A stretch of DNA of 63,864 nucleotides, counting the filler, from Sphacelaria rigidula (Eukaryota), in the NCBI GenBank assembly GCA_964200075.2. It is 8 parts of 8 records of this genome, joined end to end, with 100 filler letters (N's around TTAATTAATTAA, not from the genome) between each part and the next. Parts side by side here need not be neighbours in the genome. Positions count along the whole stretch, not along the records: positions 23,989 to 31,884 come from CAXNAA020013064.1; positions 31,985 to 39,879 come from CAXNAA020013065.1; 6 more parts are not named here. One strand, 5' to 3'. How positions within the stretch are numbered: position 1 is the stretch's first letter; the number at the start of each line of letters is the position of its first letter. Position numbers and translations under genes: made by a program. Shown here one piece after another: positions 25,039 to 37,667 of the stretch. The notes under the pieces were generated by a model, which ran no database searches, was not told the DNA's origin, and saw only the letters and a program-made list of their open reading frames with translations.

Positions 25039-28000
25039 TTGGATAGCCAAGCGATTCCGATATGTAACAAACGATGTCCGTATCAACGCATAGGACGGCG
25101 ACCATTCCTTCAACATTCACATGCGCCTCTTGCGAAATTACCATCCGATAAACGTACATTGGATCGAAGTAGTCAGTTTCGGAAATCCACCCACGACATT
25201 CTCAACCCTCACAATGCCGTGATGTGGTATCTTGACAGCCGCATACGCACATACCTGTACAGCACGTCGCCGAGATACTATCATCCCGCTAACGGAGATC
25301 GTCTCGCCTCCGATGTCTGCAGCGAGGCCATCATAATGCATGTCTGTCGTGTGTCTTTCGTAATTGCATGTATGTCGCTTGTTTTCAATGTTAGAACCGG
25401 TAATAATACGACCATCGGTAGGAGTGGCATGCTATTGTGCATTAGAGTTGTCGATGTTGAGCGTGCAATCAACCTCATACTATACCGGCAACATGGACCG
25501 TGCGGGATACAACTTCTCCGTTCCTGTTCGATAACAGAAGCCCTGCATGAGTTCAGCCATTAGGGCTCTTGTCCCTATCATCCGACAAGCGTGCCGCAGA
25601 GAAGAAGTCAGCACGCCGGCACAGTTGATTAAAATATTGGGCAGTAATTGAGAGGACAACCTCTGAAAGGAAGACGGAAAGAAGAGAGGTGGGAAGAAAG
25701 ACGCGAACGAGACATGGAGGAAGCTCCTCGATTACGTCAAGGGATATGTGATAAGATTCGTCCTCACACCCCCAGGGATGGTGCCGTCGAAAAACGAACC
25801 GTCTAAGCTCGGGTTGCTGGTGACGCTCGTGTTCTCCGTGGCACTTCACGACCGAGACTGGCCATTGCAAGACGTGGTCCTCGGTCGCCTCGCATTCGAG
25901 GAGGAGGAAGGGATCAAACCGGTGAGCGCCGCCTGTGCGACATTGAGTGGATTATATAGTGGACCATGCTCCCATGATAGGTTTGGAGTCGAAATAAAGT
26001 ATGGTCTTCCTTCTGCTCGGGTCCGTGTACTCGCCCCTGTTTCTTGTCACACCCAGGACGACATCGCTTGTTCAGATCACAGCTGTGTGATGTCACGCTC
26101 ACTGCCTGTGGCCTGTAAATGAACGTGGGCCCCATTGTACATGATCTGCGTGATTAGCCTAGCTATGTACCCATCTGGTGTCATCTCGCCGATTTCGCCT
26201 CATACGCGTCATGTTTGACAGCCGATCCAGGGGTCCTCGCTGGGAAACCTCCAAGCCTACTCTTACCTATTTGGTCTCGACAAACGCTGACTGATGGTCA
26301 TCTGCACAAGCTTGTCCGGGAGAATGGCATCAACCAAGCGGTCATTTCTTACTGTCAGGTGTTGAAGCCGTTGCATCTCGTGCACGATGTTGCATCCACC
26401 TTTATCAGCAAAGCACACGTGAAAAGCGGTCATCAAACTCACCTCGACGACACCGGTCGTACTTTGAGGGTGAGTCTGCAAGTGGCGACTGATGATAAGG
26501 AAGATGCGACAAGATAGCCGCGTTGCGGTGGCAGCAGCTTCAGCTTGATTTTGCTACTGCATCCGCAACGTGGATTAATGAGCACGAAAGCCGTAAGGCG
26601 ATACAGTCATACGCATACACGGCTACGAACCCCAACACGTCGGACGGGGCTAAGGGAGCAACCGGGAACGTCTTCGATTGGCTGGACGCCGCATATCACC
26701 GGGTGTTCAAGGACGCACTGAGCGGGGCGAAGCCCACGACTTTGGCGAAAGCCCAGGGACGGATTCAGAGGAAGAATCCGCGCCGCAGCAACAAGAATTC
26801 GTACACGATGGGAATGAGGGAAGTGCCCCACGTGTCTGCGTGGGCGCACCCATACATTTTCGACAGTCGCACCATCTACGAATTCGTGAGTGCATGAGTT
26901 GATCGCAACAGCGACCGATTTACAGAGTATTCAGATAATGTGAAATCTAAACAAAATATTAGCAGCGACGTCAGTATATCCGACGCAGACATCGAATGGG
27001 TGCACTCCCAGTCAAACGGGGATCGAGTGTCTTACAATAACGAAGGCATATGAGACTCGGTTTCTCAAACCGACCCGCGTACATCATTTAAATCGTAAGA
27101 AATAAATGTATTATGCATCATTCAAACTTCGATAGCTATACGCTTACTGGCATGCCATTTGGAAATGCGTTCGTCCCTGTGTGTGATGCCAATAGTCAAC
27201 TTGAGATGCATGACTTACCTTATTCACGGAGCAGTATACCGGCGGATTAACTGGGATGTAAAGGCTACCATCGACAATCCATTCCCACAAGCTTCAGGAG
27301 CAAGAATGACATAAAACCGGCGATCGCCCATCCCCATACACATTGCAGATATTATCTCCGTTTTCAAGTTGAGGTTCATGCAGCCACTGTCTGATATTTC
27401 CATACCTCAGACCAGATGACGGAAACACAACAAGGAGCCAAGGACACGAGGAAGGCGGCGACCACACGGAAGCTCGTCGTAATCTATGCCCTTCTGGGGG
27501 ATGCTGCACACGCAGCACCTTGCGGAAGGATCTACGGATGTATGCGACGATTTTAGAGCCGTGGTAAATACCCTCAAGTGTGGGGATGATGCCCTGGAGT
27601 TCAACAAGCTGTTGGTGAGTGATCTGCCCAAACACCGGGTATATGACGGTGGCCCACATTTCCTGACTCAGACGGAGAGGAAGTACATCAAAGGCGTAAT
27701 ATTCCCTGGCGGCATCAGCGACGCAGTGGCCACGAAGGCGGATGCTGCTCCCTCCACCGAACAAGCAGCCACCCTCCCCGGTGAGTTCTTACAACCCCTC
27801 GATAAAATATGAATTTTCCAGATGTGTACATGTGTTCGCGGGTGACACGCGGGACCGACGTTTCAGTAAGAAGCGCGACAGATCGTTTGCGTTCATAACT
27901 TACGTGGTGCACGGCGTATTGCACTATGTATGGTCACATAATGGTGATGACCATCATGGACTGCCATACTCACTTTACGTCCGAATATCGGACGAGAGGT

Positions 28001-28450
28001 GGTCATCTACTCACTCGTTATTCGATATGTTCATGATTCCATCACTACTCGCGAAAAATTGTGCATCACGCACCATTGTACACCGACAGTCGCTTTCTGA
28101 AACCGGGAGAGAGAGTGCTCTATACCCACGGATCTCATCAGCTGTTGGATAAACGGGGGATATTCATACACACAACGCGGAGTCACAATATGTCCTCATC
28201 GGTTATACTCACTCATCGCGGTAGGCGAGTCTTGTTACACGCCACAAGATTTAACACACATAATAACTCCAACAACATACAAGGGCAACACACACTCCCT
28301 CATCCTTACTCTCTGATCTCTGCACAGACGTCAACATTGAGGCGCACACCATTGAATTCAGGATCGACGACGACGAGCCTCCGCCGACAACGATGCCTGT
28401 ACCTCTTCCTTTATGTGAGGCGCTCGAGAAGGTCATTGGCGGGTCTGTAG
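25039..28450 (+). pseudogene. Degenerate multi-exon coding fragments of unknown, probably transposon-borne gene(s)
   Basis: Protein-like ORF pieces at 26215-26897 and 27411-27780 (flanked by CAG and GTGAGT), broken by stops. Weak Ulp1-like motifs near 25140-25240. Confidence 0.3.
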
Positions 28451-28464
28451 ACTCTAACCATCAT

Positions 28465-30557
28465 TGTTACCTAAGGTCAGGGACATTATAGGTGGAGTTG
28501 CGGGTCTGATTGCCGGACTCTGTGATGGTGACCTCCATGACGAGCACGCTTGGTTTTGCTACTCAGGTGGGGAGAGGTTTTGGTCCTGTTCTCCTGTACC
28601 ATGCTGAGGGTTAATACATGAATAACTAAAGCTGCTGAAGTCCATGTGCCCGTGATGGGAGGAGTCCACATGGCAATCTGATCTTGGGTGACAGGAAGTT
28701 TATACTGAACGTTCATTACGTCCGCTGGCTAGCGGTAGGTCCGCTGAAAAGCAGCTGACACTTCAAGATAGGGAAGTCTGCACGCCGGATCAGTTTGCAG
28801 CAAACGAGACCAGCTCAAGGCGTGTTAACGTCGCGAGGAGTGGGAGAAGTAGAGCCGAGGAGGTTCTGAGGCAGTGCTAGGGTGGGCTGTGGTATCTCTC
28901 GTACGAGAGATGTTGGGGGTTGACCGACAGCTGGCGAGCCCGTGCGCGTTCCAAAAAAAGCGGCGCAATTACCGTCCTGCTTAGTAGCGCCAGCGAGAGT
29001 TGCTTGTTCCACGCTTGGCCAGGTACGGCCAGGAAGAGGAGTCTAAGGACTTTAACCACGTGGTGAGACCTGCGTGAGGAAGAGGCGCTGTGGCCATTGT
29101 CTTTGTAAGATGGTACAGCGCGTCTCGTTGTAAGGAGAGAGTTGTTGTTCCTGTGAGTCGGAGGCGACTTCGTTTTTCAAAAGGCGTGCGGAGTACTGTA
29201 CTGCTGACTGAAATGTACGAGGCGCAGGAATATGCCATCGTCGATGGTCGTGTTGTTCCTGTACTGGCGCTGGAGATGCCGTACTACGGCCGCAAGTTTT
29301 CGAGCGAGAATTCGGCCGAGGTTTTACGCAAATACGAGCAATATTTGCGAGATGTAGAACAGGTGAACGCGCGGTGGACAAACCTCTTTGAGGTGGCAGC
29401 AGTTTCTGAGCTCATGTCGAAACATATTGTGATATGTCTGTGTGACACGTTCTTAAAACATGATTATGATGAGGACGAGCAGTCGCTTTTCGCGTTGCGC
29501 AAGCATGCGCCGTTCGGTGGAGCTGCTTGCCCTGTGACAGCCGAGAAACATGTGTCTGCCCGAGGGGACAGGCACGACAGTACACTCGCCGAACGTGCAG
29601 TAGGTACTGCGCGTTTGAAACCACGATACAGGGCAGACTCTTACACTGTGAAAGCCGAGAAGCATTTGTCTGCCTGAGAGGATAGGTGCGCTAGTGCATC
29701 TGCTGAACGTGCAGTCGGTAGAGCGCGTCTTAACCCGAGATACAGGGCAGCTGTTCCCACTGTGAAGAGCGGGAAGAAGACACAGCATGTGTCTATCAAA
29801 GCGGGGAGGCAGGAGTACGCGCCCGCCGAAAGTACCACGGTAAGAATTGGTTTGGATGCTGCTGGTATTTCTGCTGGAGAGGGCAAATGTGTCACGCCGC
29901 TCGAGCAGACTGCAGGCCGCTCAGCTGCCGCTGTTGCAGTTCAGGAGTGCGCTGAGGAAAAGGTAGTGGCTGTAGCGAGTATGGGTGATACTGCTGCTGC
30001 TGTTGGCGATAGTGAGAGGGCGGGGCCTACATGAGCCAATGAGCAAGTACTGGTGGGCGGAGGTCCCAGTTGCTTGTTGCCGCCGGACCAGCGCGAAGCT
30101 GGAGATACTCCTTGCATGCTCGAAGCTGCAGAGGGGTTATTCGCGTATTGCGAACGAGGAGGGTGAGCAAAGAGCTTGCCGTGCTCATGGTGAATCTATC
30201 TGCGCCAGTGACATGGCGGGAGATCGTTCGGATGATTCGCAGGGGTGTCTGCTTGAAGGACAGGTGGATGCCGGGTTGGCGGAATTGCCGCCGGAGAAGC
30301 GCGTAGCTGTGGAACCGCGTTGCATGATCGAAACAACAGGGGCGTGTGCCCCGCGTGAAGCGGGTACGCGGAGCGAGCTGCAAGCTCGTGATGCTGTTAG
30401 CGATCACAATTCTGACGGCGACGACGAGCATCGCGTGGTGTTGGGGTGGTCGTGTGCATTGCTTTTTACATGGACAGCTTTGGCGTGTTTGGCGGCGATG
30501 GCGGAGGTGTCTCTACTGTTTCGCCGCGGGGTGTTGGAGGAGGACAGTATGCCATGA
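28465..30557 (+). mobile_element. Probable LTR-retrotransposon remnant: LTR ~28465-29058, PBS-like 29061-29078, degenerate gag-like ORF
   Basis: TGTTA...TAACCA, then after 2 nt TGGTGAGACCTGCG (TGG complementary to tRNA CCA), then the ORF ..LRKYEQYLRDVEQVNAR... No pol motifs seen. Confidence 0.5.
29532..29770 (+). repeat. Two-copy 114-bp (38-codon) tandem repeat in the gag-like ORF
   Basis: CTGTGA..GCCGAGAA..GAACGTGCAGT..GATACAGGGCAG starts at 29532 and 29646. Confidence 0.75.
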
Positions 30558-31984
30558 GGAGGTGTTGCTGTTCGGGACTGTGTAGCTATTCCCGGTTCGC
30601 CTCTGGTTTCCTCTGTCCAAGTATCTGTGGAGGCAGATGATCTGTCGCATTGATTTGGCGGTGCGAATATACCTTTTAGAGGCGTGTTGAGCTACACCAT
30701 GGGGGTGCCAGGTGTAGCTAGACTAAGGGTGCAAGGAGGGGGTGTCCGAGAGGAAAGGATGCTCTACGCTGTGCACGGGATTGTGGTTCGAGTGCTGCTG
30801 TTTCTCAGGAGCGGGCTGGAGGACTACAAAGAAGGCATTACCTGAGGTGTTTGTTGTTGTGGTGAGCGCCGAGTGGGGTACTGATGTTGAGGAGCAAGTT
30901 CTGTGGTGATTGAGTGCTTGTTGAGGATCAGGAAACACATTATGACTGGTATTCGCGAATCGTTTTGAGAAGGATTTCAGCTTGTTATTGTGTGATTTGT
31001 GGTCATGCTTGCGCATGAAACATGGTTGTTGAGCGAGTATGAGTATCGCGTGTGCAGGATAAACCTCTGGCGTACACGTGGGTATTTGGCATGTGTGTGT
31101 TGCACTGATCTGGTCGGCACGGATGATGCATGGTGTTTGCTGCGAGTAAGGTGGCATTCAGGTGGCATTGCATGTGCTGAGTGAAATATTGGCATGCATG
31201 TGCGGATTTTCATATGCTGAATGGAATTCTGGCAGGCATGTGCGAATTTTTCCCCGAATGGTATTGATATGAATGGTATCTGGTGACGACCTAGGGTGGG
31301 GCACTTTTCAATATACTGCTGTATGCTAAATGAAGTGAAGCTCGTATAATTTTGTTCGCGCAGGAACACAGTCGAATCATATTTGTGTGGTTTGCACGTA
31401 CTGAGTGCAGTATGTATGGATTGCTGCTGTTAGCGTGAAAATGAGCTGAAAGATACGAAATGCGTAGGCTCGTCGTATGTGAGCAGGTATGACGCGAGTG
31501 CTTCCGGTGGTTGAAGATAAATACATGATGCGCGCATGCATCATTGATCTTTGATTGTGGCACGTTTTTGTATGGATTGTCAAGTGTTTGACCGAGGACG
31601 TGGTTGGTTTTTCGTTCATGTCAGAAGGAGTATGTGGATGATGCGTCGTACGAGTTCGAAAACGAAATCACGAGGCGTGATCAATGATGGCGGAGGTCGA
31701 AGTCCGTTCGCGGTCGTTGGATTAGTACGCATTACTTGAGTAGCGGTTTGAGTCACGGCTTTCCTTCGATTGTCTAGATGAAAAATGGCAAGTTGAAGCA
31801 TTGCGATGCACACGTTTTTTACGGTGTTGCAGAAGCCAGAGGCCAGGTGCGTTTTAGACGTGTTGGGTGCTTATTTCCTTCTAGNNNNNNNNNNNNNNNN
31901 NNNNNNNNNNNNNNNNNNNNNNNNNNNNTTAATTAATTAANNNNNNNNNNNNNNNNNNNNNNNNNNNNNNNNNNNNNNNNNNNN

Positions 31985-32661
31985 GAACCTCTCATGAAAA
32001 AAAAAAATGAAGGCCCATTTTTTTTTTTACTCAGCATACCTCTGTCGTTCTCCATGTCACGTTTCAAATCATAATTCTAAAATTGAGTTAAGGCCCAAGA
32101 GTGATGTTCCTTTCTCCTCAAACCCCCCCTAAGGACACGAATAAATATGAGAAAAAACGAAACCCCCCCGGAAAACCTGTGCTTTTTATTTCGTGAAGCA
32201 CTAGCGGTTCTCCATACCAAATTTCATAGCACAACTCTCAAAAACTGAGACGCGATATCCAGATTTACGTCATCAAGTGCCTCTGCTCGTAATATACTGC
32301 TTTTAGTATGGAACCTTATGTGCGCCATTTCTCGATATAGATAACGAATTAGGTGAAAGTGAGGGTATCTATCGTCTCCCCGTGCTCCAGGGAAGGTCCA
32401 CACCAAAAATCGTCATCATCCGCTTGATCGATCGTTCGGGGTTTCATATAGATTTTAGTCTGGACGCTATCTCCGCTAAGTATAGGAAATACTATACATG
32501 GGGTTTACTCGACGAGGAAAAATTGGCTCAGATTTTTGAGCAGATGTGCACCTTCCCCTTGATCAAACAAATCATACGATATGCAGATCACGGCCCAACT
32601 CGTCTATGTCGTTGAGATATCGCTTATAGAGCTTAAATCCGTTTTAGGCTGGCCCAGCTCG
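31985..32661. mobile_element. Right part of a Tc1/mariner-like non-autonomous element (same family as 42444-43628)
   Basis: Colinear similarity to ~42950-43628, ending in GGCTGGCCCAGCTCG followed by TA. Confidence 0.8.
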
Positions 32662-32870
32662 TACCCGATAGTTGAGTGAGTTCTGTGAGCCTCCCATACC
32701 GTTACCCCGACGGTTCTATACATAATGTTCACCCGTACCCGCAGCGCGTGTATGCCCTTGAAGGAATACCCGATTGCGGTACGGTTTTCTGTAGGCCTCT
32801 CGTACCCTACCCGACAAGCTCTGTATTTTCTGTAAGACTTTCATACCGGTTAGGGGATATACCGTTGTAG
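32662..32870. repeat. TACCC/TTCTGTAAG degenerate repeat family (also 33925-34080, related 49900-50070)
   Basis: Shared ACCCGACA..TTTCTGTAAGACTTTCATACCGG blocks. Confidence 0.65.
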
Positions 32871-32884
32871 ATATACCGTCGCGC

Positions 32885-33210
32885 GCGCCCCGGTGGTGTA
32901 ATGGTCCGACTGTCGCCAAACAAAGTAGTTAACTGAGATTGTTTCGTAGTGGTGGTGGTGGTGGTGGTGGTGTAATTCCGACTGTCGCGATTAGGGTGGA
33001 GAGAACGAGGGTTCGATTCCCGAGGCGTTGAATTTTTTCTTCGTAGTATCTGATTTCCACCGTGGAAAGCGTGAGAACGAGAGTTAATAAAGTATTTAAC
33101 TGAGTTTGTTCGACGTGAGTTGACGCGGTACGGGAGTGCTGACCCAACCCGCGAGACCAAAATGCAAGGCGTGTACCGGGGAGAGATGGGCTGATCCTTT
33201 GAGACCACCG
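32885..33210 (+). mobile_element. Candidate tRNA-derived SINE with Pol III A and B boxes
   Basis: A box TGGTGTAATGG at 32894-32904 and B box GGTTCGATTCC at 33010-33020. The head is partly duplicated around a (GGT)n run. No full cloverleaf. Confidence 0.45.
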
Positions 33211-33501
33211 ACTCGTCCCGAGGAAGGGAGGGGGTTCAAAGCGCGACAAATAAAATAAAAGAATGAATGAATAAATTAAAAGATACCCGATTGCAACTAC
33301 GAGCATAAATGTACACCTTGGGGAGGTATGGATATGGGCTCAATTGACACACGACCTCATGACCTGAACATGTACCTCCCATCAATCAACCCACCCTGCT
33401 ACTTCATTCAACACTGCACACCAGCAAAAATCCTACGAGGGACACTTCTTTAGTTTGAAATCTGACGGGTAACAAGGTACTGCTGGGTGAAAACACGAAA
33501 C

Positions 33502-33846
33502 ATGAGCAACGCCACAGACCGCCAGGATGGATCATCCCCAGACTCGAGTGGTAGCTCGAGCGGGGCCGGTTCATCTGCGCCACCAGGGGAATCAAGCAGC
33601 AAGACACAGGTCATCGACGTTGATGGTGATTGTGTCGTGCTCATCAAGCCCCAGGCCGTTATCGACATGCACGGGGAAAAGTATGAGCTGTCACCCGAAC
33701 TCGCTAAGGCCGTCGACGATTTTATGGTGCCGAATGGCTTCCAGAGAGCGGGCAGCTATGAATGCTCTTTCATGTGCGCTCTGGGAGGAGTGTACGTGAA
33801 GCCGATAGATGTTGACGATGCCGTGCACATGTACTACTTCGGGTAA
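33502..33846 (+). pseudogene. Truncated ORF, possibly the N-terminus of a DNA-transposon protein
   Basis: Protein-like composition (..LGGVYVKPIDVDDAVHMYYF), cut off by repeats. Family assignment is tentative. Confidence 0.3.
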
Positions 33847-34892
33847 TCGTGTAGTCCTTCTCTGCCGACCCCGTGAAGCCGTTCAGAGTGTTCATGGCCT
33901 GTCATCTGTGGTGGGACTTTCAAACCGGTACCCGACAGTTTTATCATTTCTGTAAGACTTTCATACCGGCACCCGATATTTCTGTAAGCTCTGCAAGGAA
34001 TATTATGCCCTACAGAACATATCCGTACCCTCCACAACACAACCTTGAAAATATGCCTCGTCCTGTTGTGTTAAGCTCTCTGTTGAGTATCCGCAAAAAA
34101 ATGCAAGGACCAAACTGTTCTGCGGTCCCGGGCCTCGCTCTGAAAGCTCAACCATCGCACCGCTGTCGATGGCAATTGATTGCAGCGAGAAAAACATACG
34201 ATTAGGTAATGTTCTCGAGTGTAGAAATAGTGAAGCATCGAGCTGAGTGCTGCTGGGTCGCGGATAAAGTTTGCTGCAGGCGGTAGAGTATAAATTGAGC
34301 TACTGTAGAGGCCATGCAGCGTCCGTGGCTTGTGGCTGTGAGACGGGCGTTGATGCGCCGCCCTGGGAGGCTAGAAAAGACCCAACATATTTGTATCTAG
34401 TAGTGGTTCGTTGATCGAAATATGCGTAGCCCGGGCGAAGCTGTGTGTAAAGGATTGCGACCGTAGTAAGGGCACGCCTACGAGGGCTCCAATGTGACGG
34501 TCGTTAGGATTCCTCAGGGAACTCAGGTGCATACAGTTTGCCGATCTCACCGCTTCGCCGGCTACACATATGACGGTAGTTTTCCTGAAGAGGTAATGAA
34601 GAGATTGACCGCACACACTATCTAAATGAAGAAGTCCAAGTCCCGCGTACACGATCCCTCGAGTACATGAACTGACTCCGTGGAAGTTTTCGAGTGTCGA
34701 TGATGCCTACTCCTGTGCCGTATCATTTTCATGTCAACTCAGCCGGCCGGTTCGATTAGGCCGTTCCGATTGGCTCGCAACTGATCAAGGCTGAAACTTT
34801 ACGTTCTCCAGCTGTTAGGACATACACGCGGTAGCATCAGTGGATGGTCGATCCTGACCTCCGTTCGTATATTTAGAGCCGACTTATTTTCA

Positions 34893-34972
34893 GAGGGGAG
34901 GGTGGATACTCACTTGTTGCTTGCCCTGGTCATTTGACCATCGACCACGCATCCCTTTCGAGACGGAGCACC
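34893..34972 (-). repeat. Truncated SINE-like family copy after a G-rich run
   Basis: Matches 3666-3734. Confidence 0.8.
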
Positions 34973-37221
34973 TATCTCGAGAGGGGGACACTAGCAAGGA
35001 TGCGCTTCCACGCCATGATTTATCTTGTAGATCTTACACAACTTACTGACGCTGACGTTAATTCATGCATATATATATATATATATATATACATATTTAT
35101 ATATCATCAGTATGAAATAGTATGCATATACATATTGTTTCAGGGACAATGTGACTAGTTGGAGCCAATATCCTTGCACGAGCTCATCCCGTACCACTGC
35201 AAGTCACCTCTACGGATCCGCATCAAAATTTCGAGCGTTAACTCAGCGTACTCCTCCTGCAGATAAATCGGCTTCTTGATCCTCTCTTCCATACTGCAAG
35301 TAGCAAAACACCAGGCACGACTCACCCGTGAATGGCCTTTCCCTCCCTATCTGTCCCCTGCACCCCATCCTTGTAACCCTCATCAGATCGTCCTGGCGCT
35401 GCATCTGCGTCGTGACTACTGGGATTCAATCCTTTCGCAAGCCGTCATTTCGAACTACGGCGCACATCTGACGCTGACGCCGCCCGAGGGACAGGACACC
35501 CAGCCAGACAGGGGTGGTGAAGCCAAATGGAGATCATCGCTTCGGGGATCTAACGTCGTGATGCAGTGGGATCCAGACCATCAGCCCTTCACCGGACACA
35601 AGACTAATTACCGGTGCGGCCCGTGCAGTTAATTCATGCTTGACTTCGATTTGGATGTAATCATCGACGAGGTATCTTTCATAGAAAGGGAGCATACGGT
35701 GGCGCCAGAGTCGGAAGAGAAGCTGCGCGAGATGACTTGCTTGGTGGATTCTGCTGAAGTCGAAGTTGTATGCTCGAACATAAATACAAGCTTCACCCAC
35801 CATGCACGAACACTTCAACCTCTCAAACGTCACACTTCTTCTAGAGTAGGTGATCCATCCGCAACCTGTTGTGAATACATGACGCACGGTCCTTCGAACC
35901 GTGTCTCGTTACAAATGCCGTCTTCATTCCCTTCGAAAAATAAACGCCGATCTGTTAGGCCCACTCCACGGCGTTCCGCTTGTGTTGCCCATCCACCGTG
36001 CTTTGTTTCACGGTTCGGACGAATCGTCGCCGGTTGGAATCACCAAACCCACGAGTTTCCAGGCCTGATTGTTCGAAAGAGAAACAAAAGTCCACTGCTG
36101 GTCGAAAAGATCTGCACGCAACGTGTGCGCCATACCACGTGCCTGGGATGCGCGTACCTAGGTTGCAACGCTGAAAACAAAGCCCAAGGATTGATTCGTA
36201 CGGTACGAATCAATGACACTTGAATCAAGTAACTTCCAGACGAATCATCAATTCGTCCGACCCTTGCTTTGTTTGATTCCAATGTTGCAGGGTTATCCAG
36301 CTGGGCCTACGGCGCGACGCCCTACACGCTTTTCGGGGCCCCGCTTTCGGGGAAGGCGGAATAGAAAACGTGACGGGCTTTGTACATGCAACCGCTAACA
36401 AGCATGGCGGTAACGGGGGAGGTGCTTCAGTAGATGGTATGCTGCTTCCTGTAGAGGAGCCATATGCAGTAGAAGACATTAACGTGGCCCGGCGCCTAGG
36501 GGTCGATTGAAACCTTCCTGGTTGATGACCGACCTCCTACGAGATCGTGCTGACAATAGAATAATCCCGGATAACTTTTATCTTCCGCGCCAGTTGTCGG
36601 CTGCAGCATAGAGAAATATGCTGGAGACTATTTTCCCGTAGAAAATCGTCTTTCACTCCCGCCACAGTGTGTGAGAACCAAAAGAAGGTGACTGGGGTAA
36701 ATCGGGGTCGTGTGATGACCCGTCCTGCCTGTTGCGCACACCATGCTACAGGCGGGACCACACTCAGGCAGGAGAGATGACTCGGTTATAGTGTAGGGAG
36801 TTGGATAGGGGGCGGGGGGGGGGGGGAGGGGCGTGACCCCGCCGCTGTGAAGTACCCCGTGCTAACTACGGTGCAGCCGCAAGTAGCCTCCTGCAATGCC
36901 CTGGTCCCGAAAGATCAGGTGTTTTCCAGATCTCGGGTTATTTGTGACCCGTGACCAACCAGCCAGCGGCGAGCGCGTGGCGAAAATACCAACATCCCAA
37001 CTTGTGGTGACTGTCAGGAATGACGCAGCTAGCTGTTGATGAGAGGTGCGGGTATCGTACTGGTGACAAGGTCGAGTAGCCCCGTGTAAATATGGTGTGC
37101 TGCTTAAATGGGCAGACACTAGTGTATATACATTGAAGCAGAGGGAAACTAAATCCTCAATATCGCATTAGAGGCCGGAGAAGCACAGGATTTTGTGTTT
37201 ACGTGCGATGTGCCCATTTGA

Positions 37222-37667
37222 CACGCGATCTTACAAATTGGCGATGGACTCTGTATTGGGGATGAGAAACCCGGATAATTAAAACCTTTGTATCCACACC
37301 AAATCTTCAAAATATGGTTCAATTTTTTCACCTACTGATAGCTATTGATAAATGCCACACGCCGTAGAAATTTGGATTTCGATCACCGAACCGTTGGGGT
37401 CCCATGTGAAGAAACAATTTTGGAACCATTTTGGCGTCCGTTCGAACACCCAACATTTCCCTAAATTGTTTTTCCACCTATTAATAGGACCCCAAAATTT
37501 CGGTCATCGAGATCCAAATTTCTATGGCGTGTAGCAGCAGTCAACAGCTATCAGTAGGTGAAAAAATGGAACCATGTTTGGAAGATTTGGTGTGGATACG
37601 GAGATTTTAATTCGCCGGGTTTCTCATCCCCAATCAAAGATGCATTCCCAATTTGTAAGATCCCGTG
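37222..37667. mobile_element. ~446-bp foldback MITE with long inverted arms
   Basis: CACGCGATCTTACAAATTGG..CCAATTTGTAAGATCCCGTG, arms pairing over ~200 bp, with TA on the right flank (GA on the left). Confidence 0.85.
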
